Assembly: GCA_038204425.1 (NCBI GenBank)
Contig: JBBRCZ010000004.1
Coordinates: 96,001 to 160,000 of the forward strand
Origin: Spirochaetia bacterium
GTDB lineage: Bacteria > Spirochaetota > Spirochaetia > DSM-27196 > Salinispiraceae
Direction: 5' to 3'
Length of the DNA: 64,000 nt
Under the pieces are notes generated by a model. The model saw only the letters and a program-made list of their open reading frames with translations, ran no database searches and had not been told where the DNA came from. Made by a program: the position numbers and the translations under genes. Of this stretch, positions 9,542 to 19,249 are shown piece after piece; position 1 is the stretch's first letter, and every line of letters starts with the position of its first letter.

Positions 9542-10285
9542 CTAAGTCATACTGCGAATTTTATCACGTAGGTCGGCGGCTCGTTCGTAGTTTTCGTCAT
9601 CCAGTGCTTTTTTTAGCTCCTCATTGAGTTCCTCTAATGGATTGGCTTCTTTACCTTTCAATTGCTCAAGCGCCGTCCTCAAGTGAGTAAGAGATCGAGA
9701 TCTCTCAAATTGAAAGACAGCTGAAGCGAGGTTATCTAGGTCCTCTATGCTTTTTATAGCATTATCTAGCACGGCAACTGCCTTAGACCACGACTGAGAA
9801 TTTACAAATAGCATCGACCGAGCAACTGCATTCATGCGGATAATGTAGGGCCTAAATTGAAGAATAGAAAGCTTGTCCTCTTCATGTTCTGCGTAGGTAC
9901 CAACCATCAAACACAATCGCAAATTGTGTTCAGTATCACGAATAACACCTTCAAAATCGTTAAGTTGAAACAAAAGCAAATAACGATAATAAAACAACAT
10001 GCCCTCGTTCTGAAGATTCATCATTTCTTGCGGTTCTATGGCAAAACCCCGGTCAGTGTGTAGCTCCGCCTTAAAGTCAGCAAGCTTGGACTCAACATGG
10101 TCAAGGTAGCTTGAGAATCCTTGCGGTCTCTTTCCATCAGGCCGACCCTCAAGTTCGTATTGCTCAATACCCAATGGCAATCTTACTTGCAAGACCTTTC
10201 GGCTTGCACCCACATCTATCACGCGTAAGGTGTTTTCTGGGTCAAATTCCCATTCATTTAGTATAAGTCGCAGATCCATATTCAT
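9542..10285 (-). CDS. UvrB/UvrC (UVR) motif-containing protein
   Basis: C-terminal LNEELKKALDDENYERAADLRDKI; N-terminal LQVRLPLGIEQYELEGRPDG. Confidence 0.75.
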   Translation of the reverse strand: MNMDLRLILNEWEFDPENTLRVIDVGASRKVLQVRLPLGIEQYELEGRPDGKRPQGFSSYLDHVESKLADFKAELHTDRGFAIEPQEMMNLQNEGMLFYYRYLLLFQLNDFEGVIRDTEHNLRLCLMVGTYAEHEEDKLSILQFRPYIIRMNAVARSMLFVNSQSWSKAVAVLDNAIKSIEDLDNLASAVFQFERSRSLTHLRTALEQLKGKEANPLEELNEELKKALDDENYERAADLRDKIRSMT

Positions 10286-10490
10286 AAGCAGTCACCCATA
10301 AAGCCAAAAGATTCGCATTACTCTGCGCCACAGTTCTAGAAAGTAGTATAGCACAAAAGGCCACACAAAAAGAATCAAAGTGCCAACCTTGCTGTAACTT
10401 ACTTTGTTAGCAAGTCTCAAAATACTTAGGCGCCGATTGCCAAGTCATATTACTATTGTCTAATGTTGTGCAGTTTCTTATAGTGGGGTC

Positions 10491-11174
10491 ATGGTCAGCA
10501 TAATTTCATTGGGCGGTTCTATCGTCGCGCCGGACGAGGTTGATACAACCTTTGTCAGCAAGTTTAAAAAATTGATAGTGGCATACCTACAAGAAGCAGC
10601 TAGTAACAAGATCATACTAATTGTCGGAGGCGGCGCACCAGCAAGAGCCTACCAAAACGCCTTTAAAAATATAGTCCCTAATGCTCCTAACGACGACCAG
10701 GACTGGATTGGGATAATGGCTACTAGACTCAATGCAGAACTGATAAGAGCAAGCTTTGTACCTTATTGCCAAGATCCCGTAGTAACTGATCCAAGCGCAG
10801 CAATCGAGTTTGGAGGACAAGTGCTCGTTGCAGCTGGGTGGAAACCAGGGTTTTCTACTGATTTTGATGCAGTTTACTTGGCCGATAGATTTGGCGCAAA
10901 GACAGTTATCAATCTTTCAAACATAAGCAAAGTGTTTACCGCTGACCCAAAAGAGGATCCAAACGCCAAAGCTGTAGATGCTATGACTTGGTCTGACTTT
11001 AGAGCCATGGTTGGTGACTCATGGCAGCCTGGAAGAAACGTTCCTTTTGACCCGATTGCCAGCAAAAAAGCAGAGCAACTTGGACTAAAGGTGATTGTGG
11101 CCGGAGGTAGAGATCTCAACAATTTAAGAAAAATTCTGGATGGTCAAGATTTTTTTGGGACAGTTATTAGTTGA
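10491..11174 (+). CDS. pyrH: UMP kinase, archaeal/spirochete type
   Basis: ISLGGS, VGGGAPARAYQ, DWIGIMATRLNA, GWKPGFSTD, DPKEDPNA, PFDPIA. Confidence 0.9.
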   Translation: MVSIISLGGSIVAPDEVDTTFVSKFKKLIVAYLQEAASNKIILIVGGGAPARAYQNAFKNIVPNAPNDDQDWIGIMATRLNAELIRASFVPYCQDPVVTDPSAAIEFGGQVLVAAGWKPGFSTDFDAVYLADRFGAKTVINLSNISKVFTADPKEDPNAKAVDAMTWSDFRAMVGDSWQPGRNVPFDPIASKKAEQLGLKVIVAGGRDLNNLRKILDGQDFFGTVIS

Positions 11175-11209
11175 TCGATGCATAACAACGATAGCTATCC
11201 TTGAGTGAC

Positions 11210-12778
11210 TTAACGTATTTTGGGCAAGGCAATTTTTTCCCAACGACTCTTTATGATATTGAGATTCTGCTGTACTTGACTTAGTTCTTCATCTGACAAT
11301 GCAAGCATTCCCAGATCACTGAGTAATTGTGACAAGAGCAAGGGATTTTCTATGCCATCTGCAAGCTGAATAACGTCTTCCAGACGACCTTCTATCGCAC
11401 CTTGCATAACAACCAATGCACTTGCATCTTCTTTAAGAAAACTAGCCTTCTGTGCCATTGCATATGCTCGCTCGAGCCAAGCTTCTTCTTTAACTATATT
11501 CAAAAGCTCGCCTTTGGGAACAATCTTAGACAGACCATCTACATACTTTGAAATAGTCAAAGAGGCTTGGTAACCGTCATCAATCTTAGAAATTTGGTTT
11601 TTTGCTTGTTGCAATTTGCCGAGTCGCTGGTAAATTTCAACCAAGCGAGCAAGTGTAGCGTCGGCGTTTATCAAACCACTAGCTTCTATTGTCTCCACCG
11701 CCAAGTTTGCGTACGCAAGAGCCTCGGTCTCGACTCGGTCTAAGGAATAAACCTCAGCTATTCTCGCATATAAGAGCGCAAGCCTCTGCGGATTTTGCTG
11801 CCCGAGTACACTATTTACCAATCTCTGTGTAGTAAGTCGAGCCTGAAACACGCCTGAGGGACCAGCTGACAGGTATCGCTTAATCAGCGAAAGCTGGACC
11901 GTAACTTGTTGTTCTTCGTAGGGAAGTTGGCCATAAAACCTCACAACTTCTCTAATCCAACCCAAATCTATCAAAATCAACAAGGTTGACTGCATAACCT
12001 GTGCTTCGCTTGGTGCAATTTGCTCACCAACGGTTGCGTCCAGCTCCGCAAGTGCCAAGGCAATGTACTTGTTATATTCATCCGGCTTATCTTCTCCCAA
12101 CCATGCACGTGCAATTCTTACAAAAGCATTGGCCTTCAGATGCGGCTTTTCAATCGAAAGGGCGGCGTTTATTGAGTGTTGAATTAGGACGTCAACCTTG
12201 CTCCTTACGTTGATCTCACGGTATCGTTCGCTTATGTCCATCAAGAGCCCTACTTTTTGAAAAGGGTTCTCAATAATGTAAGTAAAATCGACAGCATCTC
12301 GGAGTAATGGCGCCAGCGCTGTTTGGTATCTAAAGCATAACTGAATAATCGCACTCAGGGAGTTGACTCTATCAAGTTCTGAATCCAATTTGAGGCATAA
12401 TTCGAGGGCCTCGCGGATAAGCGACCGACCAGTCTCGTAGTTGCCAAGTCTCAAATAGTAAGTCGCCAAGGCAACAATCAGCTCGGGCTTCCTGCTTGGG
12501 CGTGCTGCTCGGGCGCTCAAGAGACCGCGCCGCAAAACTTCACGAGCTGAGGCAAAATCTGCTTTTCGCAAAAGCGCCTCAGCCAAGTTTGAGTAGGCAA
12601 ATACCCTACCGTTATATTCTGGCACATACTCAGCAAGTAAAGCTGCAACCGCCAAAAAGTCAGTTTCATTGGATACCTTGCGATATCCAAAATCGGCCCA
12701 ATTGCGCGGATCAGTGGACAGACAAGAAGAAAAAAATAGACATGACAATGTTAGCAATACAAAACGGAGCCGAAGCAT
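11210..12778 (-). CDS. TPR/helical-repeat lipoprotein
   Basis: Lipobox-like FFSSC after a hydrophobic leader; repeated amphipathic helices. Confidence 0.65.
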   Translation of the reverse strand: MLRLRFVLLTLSCLFFSSCLSTDPRNWADFGYRKVSNETDFLAVAALLAEYVPEYNGRVFAYSNLAEALLRKADFASAREVLRRGLLSARAARPSRKPELIVALATYYLRLGNYETGRSLIREALELCLKLDSELDRVNSLSAIIQLCFRYQTALAPLLRDAVDFTYIIENPFQKVGLLMDISERYREINVRSKVDVLIQHSINAALSIEKPHLKANAFVRIARAWLGEDKPDEYNKYIALALAELDATVGEQIAPSEAQVMQSTLLILIDLGWIREVVRFYGQLPYEEQQVTVQLSLIKRYLSAGPSGVFQARLTTQRLVNSVLGQQNPQRLALLYARIAEVYSLDRVETEALAYANLAVETIEASGLINADATLARLVEIYQRLGKLQQAKNQISKIDDGYQASLTISKYVDGLSKIVPKGELLNIVKEEAWLERAYAMAQKASFLKEDASALVVMQGAIEGRLEDVIQLADGIENPLLLSQLLSDLGMLALSDEELSQVQQNLNIIKSRWEKIALPKIR

Positions 12779-12947
12779 TTTTTTACTATATCAAGAAAGC
12801 CTTTGCTAATACAGGGAGAGGCTTGCACAGACATTTTTTCGCAGACACTTCTATCCATTTTCTACAGATTTTTTACTATTTAACAGTTAAAGATGAATGG
12901 CTTTTAAGTTACACTTTAGCTTATAATCTCTATTAAGGCAGTTTTTC

Positions 12948-12976
12948 TTGACAAAAAGCTTCACTTAGCCTATTTT
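12948..12976 (+). promoter_or_regulatory. sigma70-like promoter of the response regulator
   Basis: TTGACA-N17-TATTTT. Confidence 0.6.
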
Positions 12977-13065
12977 GTTCAATAATTATTTCTTCAAAAT
13001 CTTTTAGATAAGAGATTTTTTAACGTCGAGCAACAATTACTACGCTCGAAAAACAGGAGTTCGAC

Positions 13066-13698
13066 ATGGCAAAAAAAGACAGAAAGGTTAGAATTTTCTC
13101 TGCACTAGAGGTAGCTAATCATTGCGGCGTCGTAAATCAGACGGCTATCAACTGGATAAAGAACGGCTACCTCAAGGCCTTTCAAACCCCGGGCGGACAA
13201 TACCGCGTTTATGCAGAGGACCTTGCAGACTTCTTGCACGAAAGAAACATGCGCCTTCCACCTGAACTTCAAAAAATTCTTGAAGAACAGATGACGATTG
13301 AGCTGGTGCTTATCGTTGATGATGACCGTGAGTCCAATATGGCGCTTCGACGCAGCTTAGAAGCTATCAATGAAGGCATGACTATATTTCAAGCCTATGA
13401 CGGTTTTGACGCTGGTCGGCTAAGTACCGAAAAGAAACCTCACCTGATATTGTTAGATATTAATTTGCCAGGAATCGATGGATTTAAGTTGTGCAAGATA
13501 TTCAAAGACGACCCCAGCCTCAACAATCCAATTATTATAGCCGTTTCTGGCCTTGATGATGCTGAGACCACACAGCGAATCGCAGATGCTGGAGCCGATG
13601 CCTTCTTTACCAAGCCAATTGATATAGCAACACTATCTGCCAAAATCGAAGAGTTGGCCCGGACCCACCGACGCCGAACTCAACTGGCAAACCAATAG
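13066..13698 (+). CDS. Response regulator with N-terminal MerR/excisionase-like HTH (HTH_17) and C-terminal REC
   Basis: FSALEVANHCGVVNQTAINWIKNGYLKAFQTPGGQYRV; REC VDDD, LDINLP, VSG, KP; SD AGGAG. Confidence 0.9.
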   Translation: MAKKDRKVRIFSALEVANHCGVVNQTAINWIKNGYLKAFQTPGGQYRVYAEDLADFLHERNMRLPPELQKILEEQMTIELVLIVDDDRESNMALRRSLEAINEGMTIFQAYDGFDAGRLSTEKKPHLILLDINLPGIDGFKLCKIFKDDPSLNNPIIIAVSGLDDAETTQRIADAGADAFFTKPIDIATLSAKIEELARTHRRRTQLANQ

Positions 13699-13763
13699 TT
13701 GAAACTTGCCCAAAAACTTGCCCATTAGCTCGCCCGGTTTTTCAATTAAAATGCTGGGCCGGG

Positions 13764-14195
13764 CTATTTTTTGACGATCCAGGACAAAAAGAATACGAGT
13801 GAGAGGCTAGAAAAAACCAAGAAAATAATCCATTTGTTTACGAAGCTGTCAATTGATGCTTGCCTATCTTCTCCAGGAACATATCTGATAGCAATTTTCT
13901 CACCACTATTCGGTGCTTTTCCCAAGTAAGGTAAAGACGATTCAAAACGTAGAAACACGTTTTTACTCGCTTCATATTCTATGATAGGATAGTAAAGTCG
14001 ACCCGAATCGGGTTCGGTAAAAACGAGTGCGTTTTGAGAAAAACGCGCAGAAACGACAGTACCCAACGTTACTACCGAGCGAAGTTCAAAGACGAGTGCA
14101 AACACTGCCGCAATTGCGGCGAGTAAAAGAAAAACTAGGGTTGCCCACTTAAAAAGCCCAGAGAAAAGGTGCTTGGTTTGAATCTCATCGCTCAT
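13764..14195 (-). CDS. DUF3592-like two-TM membrane protein
   Basis: TM-GTVV...YYPIIEY...GEKIAIRYVP-TM; likely start ATG 14195 overlapping fabF end. Confidence 0.65.
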   Translation of the reverse strand: MSDEIQTKHLFSGLFKWATLVFLLLAAIAAVFALVFELRSVVTLGTVVSARFSQNALVFTEPDSGRLYYPIIEYEASKNVFLRFESSLPYLGKAPNSGEKIAIRYVPGEDRQASIDSFVNKWIIFLVFSSLSLVFFLSWIVKK

Positions 14196-15429
14196 AGCGT
14201 TTAAGCACAAGTATACTATTGTGCCCGCCAAACCCAAGACTATTTGAAATCGCATGTCTCATAACTGCATTGTAACCTTTGTTTGGCACATAGTCCAAGT
14301 CGCAATTGGGATCTGGATTCTCTAGATTGATAGTCGGTGGAAAAAACTGCTCTTCTAGAGCCTTTGCGCAGATTATTGCTTCAATAGCGCCCGCTGCCCC
14401 GATGCAGTGCCCGGTCATGGACTTGGTGCTAGAAACTTTTAATTTATAGGCGTGGGCGCCAAAGGCGGCCTTAATAGCCTTAGTCTCTACGGCGTCATTT
14501 ATTTCAGTACTTGTGCCATGTGCGTTAATATAATCTATATCTTCAGGTGTGATTCCAGCAGCCTTTAAGGCCCATTTGATTGCTTTTGATGCTCCCAAGC
14601 CCTCTTGGTGAGGCGCAGTCATGTGGTAGGCATCGGTACTGGCTGCTGAGCCCAAGACTTCGGCATAAATCTTTGCTCCTCGTGCTAATGCATGCTCTAG
14701 ACTCTCGAGAATCAAAATACCTGCTCCTTCTCCCATAACAAAACCATCTCGGTCGGCGTCAAAAGGGCGACTCGCTTTGGTGGGATCATCATTTCGCTTG
14801 GTCGAAAGTGCATGTAAGACATTAAAACCTGCCATACCCAAGGGGGTGATTAAGGCTTCCGATCCGCCTGCAATCATCACGTCGCAAACATCATCTTGGA
14901 TGAGCCGCAAGGAGTTGCCTATCGCGTCGGTGCCGCTTGCACAAGCAGTAGTCACCACACAACTCGGGCCTTGAACATTAAGCAAAATAGCTATGTTGCC
15001 AGGTGCAATGTTGCTTATTACTTTAGGTACTGTCAAAGGTGGCACCCGCGTGGGGCCTTTTTCTAAAAGTATTGAAAAAGCGTTCTCCAGAGTTTCAAAT
15101 CCACCCATGCCTACGCCAAGTACTACACCAATGCGATCAGGATCCATGGTTTCTGGCGTGAGTCCACTGTCACGATAGGCCTCAAGAGCGCTAGCCACTG
15201 CAAAGTGACAAAAAGGCTCCATTTTTCGTGCCTCTTTGAGCTCCATAAACTCTGAAGCCTTAAAACCCTTTACTTCAGCCGCAATCTTGGTAACATGATT
15301 GACAGGGTCAAAGTGAGTTATGGGGCCAACGCCACTCTTGCCTGCTTTAATCCCGGCCCAAAAGTCTGACAGATTATTCCCGATAGAATTAACGGTACCC
15401 ATACCGGTTATAACAACACGCTTTCGCAT
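14185..15429 (-). CDS. fabF: 3-oxoacyl-ACP synthase II
   Basis: RVVITGMG, TACASG (Cys), NAHGTST, KSMTGHCIGAAG, SNSLGFGGHN. Confidence 0.96.
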   Translation of the reverse strand: MRKRVVITGMGTVNSIGNNLSDFWAGIKAGKSGVGPITHFDPVNHVTKIAAEVKGFKASEFMELKEARKMEPFCHFAVASALEAYRDSGLTPETMDPDRIGVVLGVGMGGFETLENAFSILLEKGPTRVPPLTVPKVISNIAPGNIAILLNVQGPSCVVTTACASGTDAIGNSLRLIQDDVCDVMIAGGSEALITPLGMAGFNVLHALSTKRNDDPTKASRPFDADRDGFVMGEGAGILILESLEHALARGAKIYAEVLGSAASTDAYHMTAPHQEGLGASKAIKWALKAAGITPEDIDYINAHGTSTEINDAVETKAIKAAFGAHAYKLKVSSTKSMTGHCIGAAGAIEAIICAKALEEQFFPPTINLENPDPNCDLDYVPNKGYNAVMRHAISNSLGFGGHNSILVLKRYER

Positions 15430-15490
15430 AGCCCCACCTTATTTTTTATCTGAAGCAAAAGTGCGGACTGCAAAAGCAAGTCCGCTAGCA

Positions 15491-16234
15491 TCACATTCCC
15501 AAACCGCCGGTAACTTTGATTTCTTCTCCGCTGACGTACGATGATAAGTCAGATGCCAAAAACAAACAAAGCTTGGCGACTTCTGCTGGCTCACCAAAGC
15601 GGCCCATTGGTATCTGGTCGAGCATGACCTTCTTCTGTTCTTCATTTAATTTGTCGGTCATTGGAGATACAATAAAACCTGGGGCAATGGCGTTTACCCG
15701 GATATTCTTGCCACCAACTTCGCGTGCCAATGACTTAGTTAGTCCTATCATGCCCGCTTTTGAAGCACAGTAGTTAAACTGCCCTGGATTGCCCATGATG
15801 CCTACAATTGAAGCCATGTTGATGATGGAACCCGATCGCTGTCGAATCATTGGCCGTATAACTGCGCGGCAAATCAAGAACGCACTCTTGAGATTGATAT
15901 TTAAGACATCGTCCCAATCCTGAGTGCTCATTCTCATTAGAAGGCCGTCGCGAGTAATTCCTGCGTTGTTTACCACGATATCGATACTGCCTTCGGCCTT
16001 GGCCATTTCGTCCACAATAGCATTGACTGCAGTCTCGTCGGTAACGTTTCCTTGCTTAAAAACTACCTTGCCACCCTTGGCACTAGCCAATTTTTGATAT
16101 TCCTCAAAAGAGTCACCCTGTTGAATATCAACATAATAAACGCTCGCACCATTCTCCAAAAACGAGAGAACAATTTCCCTGCCAATACCGCGGGAACCTC
16201 CGGTAACCAAAGCCTTCTTGCCTTGCAATAGCAT
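15491..16234 (-). CDS. fabG: 3-oxoacyl-ACP reductase
   Basis: TGGSRGIG, NNAGITRD, YCASKAG, NAIAPGFI. Confidence 0.95.
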   Translation of the reverse strand: MLLQGKKALVTGGSRGIGREIVLSFLENGASVYYVDIQQGDSFEEYQKLASAKGGKVVFKQGNVTDETAVNAIVDEMAKAEGSIDIVVNNAGITRDGLLMRMSTQDWDDVLNINLKSAFLICRAVIRPMIRQRSGSIINMASIVGIMGNPGQFNYCASKAGMIGLTKSLAREVGGKNIRVNAIAPGFIVSPMTDKLNEEQKKVMLDQIPMGRFGEPAEVAKLCLFLASDLSSYVSGEEIKVTGGLGM

Positions 16235-16429
16235 ATTGAACTCCTCAAAAAAATAATTGCTGCAGATTAACTACAAACTTTTTAACGGCCACCCAAGGCT
16301 TAGTCAACTAGCCAGGTTGCTATTGTGGTCGATCTATAGAACCTTATTCTATAATTGCGCTAGGCAGTGCTATTATTTTCTTGGCCTAAATACTGGAAAC
16401 ACCTTGTCATTACCGTTATAGTCAGGGCC

Positions 16430-17644
16430 ATGAAGCTACAACGCAATCGCACGATTGCCTTCACAATTATTTTTGCTATGGCGATTATCCTCTTTATCGA
16501 TCCATTTAATTTTTTTAACCAAAAACGACCACCACGATTAGACTTTGATCAACAGCAACTCGATTTAGTTAGAGCCGTTGTATTAGAAGAAGCCAAGCCA
16601 GCAATAGAGTCAGTAATTGACGCCCTCAAAACAAACAAAGTTACCATGATAGGCGAAACTGGACTTATTCGGGACGAGGTTAATTTTTTTATCAAGGTCA
16701 TCAGCCAAATTCCAAACGATGCCCCAAGCAGCATAGGGCTTGATACCTTGCTCGTCAGTGACAACGAAGAGCTCAGCATGCTCATCGACAATCCGGTTTG
16801 GGACGAATCCGTAGCTAGAAGCCTTTTCTTTAACAACTCGCCGGTCTGGGGCTATCAAGAGTACATCAACATTGCCAAGGCCGTCTGGGAAAAGCGCCAG
16901 TCTGGTGCCGATCTGAGACTGCTGGGACTGTCCTACTCAGCTGATTTTTCTTTGATTAAGACTAATGAAGACTTTAGAAACCCCACAATCATTAGGACGG
17001 TCTGGCCACTTGGTTTACCCGATAGTTTTATGGCAAGCGAAATCCAGTCCCATTTAGACCAAGAACCTGAGCGCCGGGTGCTTGTTTTTTGTCAAAAACC
17101 CTACCTTTTTGCCTACTTATTCAACCTTGGCTTTGAGGCCGAAATGTCACGACTCGGTTTTACTGAGCTAAGGCACTGCGCTCAGATCCTCAAAGAAAGG
17201 TATGGTGACGCCTCGGTACATTTAGTTCATTTTAATTCGCCATGGCCTTTCAAGAGCTCAGATTTTGGATTGAGTTACTTTGCTGACGGCCTTTTTGAAA
17301 AAGTTGTTGAGTCGCTAGAACTTGGAGATACTAACCCATGGCCCTTAGCGATAGATTTGGGGTCCAAACGCTTAGACAGTATTACGCTGAGTTTGCATGA
17401 TTTTGACCCCGGTAAAAAAACAAAACTCAGCCAACTCGGTGATAGTGTTGTCATTTTGGGTTCGGTCAGGAAGTTTACCACCGTTGCAGCTATAGACAAC
17501 TTTATTACAACAAGCAATATTTCTGAACTTGCAAAGAGAATTCCCGGACTTTCCAATCCAAACGAAGCCACGCCGGCCGATTTAAATAATTCTATCCGTT
17601 CTGCCTCAGCGGATTTTCAACAAGTTCTAAGTGAGTTTCGCTAA
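16430..17644 (+). CDS. Membrane-anchored hypothetical protein, possibly degenerate EreA/ChaN-like fold
   Basis: N-terminal TM; VTMIGETG, SIGLD, DSFMA, RVLVFC pattern; start ATG 16430 follows TATAGT. Confidence 0.5.
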   Translation: MKLQRNRTIAFTIIFAMAIILFIDPFNFFNQKRPPRLDFDQQQLDLVRAVVLEEAKPAIESVIDALKTNKVTMIGETGLIRDEVNFFIKVISQIPNDAPSSIGLDTLLVSDNEELSMLIDNPVWDESVARSLFFNNSPVWGYQEYINIAKAVWEKRQSGADLRLLGLSYSADFSLIKTNEDFRNPTIIRTVWPLGLPDSFMASEIQSHLDQEPERRVLVFCQKPYLFAYLFNLGFEAEMSRLGFTELRHCAQILKERYGDASVHLVHFNSPWPFKSSDFGLSYFADGLFEKVVESLELGDTNPWPLAIDLGSKRLDSITLSLHDFDPGKKTKLSQLGDSVVILGSVRKFTTVAAIDNFITTSNISELAKRIPGLSNPNEATPADLNNSIRSASADFQQVLSEFR

Positions 17645-17662
17645 ATTGTTCAAGGAGCTTTC

Positions 17663-18682
17663 ATGAAAGCTGTCATCCGCTCGCTGGGTTCGTACGCGCC
17701 CATTAGAGTTATGCCCAACGATGAGTTGGCACACCAAGTTGATACCTCTGACGAATGGATCTATAGCCATACCGGAATAAGAAACCGCCATATTGCCGCT
17801 TCTGACCAAGCAGCAAGCGATCTTGCTATTGAAGCCTCTCTAAACGCTATAGAAGCAACCAAGCATGACGGCGGCCCGGCCTTAGAGGCTAATGATATTG
17901 ACCTCATCCTTTTGGCAACAGCAACCCCCGACTACATCGGATTTCCGTCGACCGCCTGCATTGTCCAGGCCGCTATTGGCGCAAACAAAGCAGCCGCCAT
18001 GGATATTTCCGCCGCTTGTACTGGGTTTATATACGCAATTGAAGTCGCACGCTCATTTATCATCGCCAAGTCGGCACGCACGGTACTTGTGATTGGCAGC
18101 GAAGTATTCTCCAAGATTGTTAATTGGAAAGATCGCTCGACTTGCGTTCTTTTTGGCGACGGCGCGGGAGCAGCGCTTGTTTGTGCGGCCGAAGACAACT
18201 CAAGTTTAGCTTGGGAACAAGGTCATTTAGGCATTGGATACTTGGCATCAGACGGTACTGGTGCTGAGCATCTCATTCGTCCTGCCGGGGGCAGCAAACA
18301 AGCATTGATTCCTGGCGTAACATCAGAAGAAGATCAGTTTGTTAAGATGAACGGAAGGCAAGTCTACCTTTTTGCAATAACAGCCATAATTGATTCAGTC
18401 AATAAACTGCTCGAGAGCAACAAGCTCACCTTTGAAGAAATAGATTTAGTTGTACCCCATCAAGCCAATCGTCGCATAATTGAAGCATCTTGCAAGCGTG
18501 CGGGGTGGGACGAATCCAAGTTTTTCATGAATATGGAAGAATATGCCAATACTTCGGCTGCCAGCATTCCCCTGGCTATGGATGAGCTATACCGAGCTGG
18601 CAAAATCAAGCGCGGCCAAAAAATCATCACGCTCGGCTTCGGTGGAGGACTAACCTTTGGAGGCAACTTTCTAGTTTGGTAG
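17663..18682 (+). CDS. fabH: 3-oxoacyl-ACP synthase III
   Basis: DTSDEWI, AACTGF (Cys), LFGDGAGA, PHQAN, ANTSAAS, GFGGGLT. Confidence 0.96.
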   Translation: MKAVIRSLGSYAPIRVMPNDELAHQVDTSDEWIYSHTGIRNRHIAASDQAASDLAIEASLNAIEATKHDGGPALEANDIDLILLATATPDYIGFPSTACIVQAAIGANKAAAMDISAACTGFIYAIEVARSFIIAKSARTVLVIGSEVFSKIVNWKDRSTCVLFGDGAGAALVCAAEDNSSLAWEQGHLGIGYLASDGTGAEHLIRPAGGSKQALIPGVTSEEDQFVKMNGRQVYLFAITAIIDSVNKLLESNKLTFEEIDLVVPHQANRRIIEASCKRAGWDESKFFMNMEEYANTSAASIPLAMDELYRAGKIKRGQKIITLGFGGGLTFGGNFLVW

Positions 18683-18801
18683 CTAAAACCAGAAAGTTCA
18701 ACAGAGTACTAACCCTTTGAGCTAAAGAATTACCCCCAGTTCTTCGAAAATAAGAAAACGCAGGATGCAATCATATTTTTCTCCTGCGTAGGGAGTTAAG
18801 A

Positions 18802-19026
18802 ATGAAGTATATAGGCAAGTCCTATCAAATTCGTTCCAGCGAAGGCTTTGAAAAAACGATGGCAGTACTATCGGAACAGAGTGATAGTCTCTCAATACTG
18901 CTTACCACACAATCGGCATGGGGGCAAAATGAGAGTCGCGAAGACTTGCCAAAACATCTTTTTGAGACCTGCTTGCGCACCGGCTACCTTAGCGAAATCA
19001 AGCGCCAGTCCTTGACATTAGTATAA
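18802..19026 (+). CDS. Small hypothetical protein
   Basis: SD AGGGAG before ATG; fills the fabH-tRNA gap; C-terminal LFETCLRTGYL. Confidence 0.7.
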   Translation: MKYIGKSYQIRSSEGFEKTMAVLSEQSDSLSILLTTQSAWGQNESREDLPKHLFETCLRTGYLSEIKRQSLTLV

Positions 19027-19040
19027 CTTTCTACCATAGT
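19012..19040 (+). promoter_or_regulatory. sigma70 promoter of tRNA-Ala
   Basis: TTGACA-N17-CATAGT, 13 nt before the tRNA. Confidence 0.65.
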
Positions 19041-19053
19041 TTGCTTGCACAAC

Positions 19054-19127
<74 letters not shown>

Positions 19128-19249
19128 TTCTATTGTGCGCCTTTGGACGGGTCATGCTTAGAAAATTCGCTTGCATAGATCTGATGTTGGGGCCGTCTGA
19201 TTCAGGCGGCTTTGGTGAGGAACTTGAAATCATTATCCCAGAGGCCGAA

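Noticed and set aside
13702..13766. Direct repeat AAACTTGCCC x2 plus an imperfect hairpin
   Set aside because: Only two short copies; best explained as a terminator region between convergent genes, not CRISPR
18723..18750. Possible sigma28 promoter TAAA-N16-TTCGAAAA
   Set aside because: -10 match and spacing too weak
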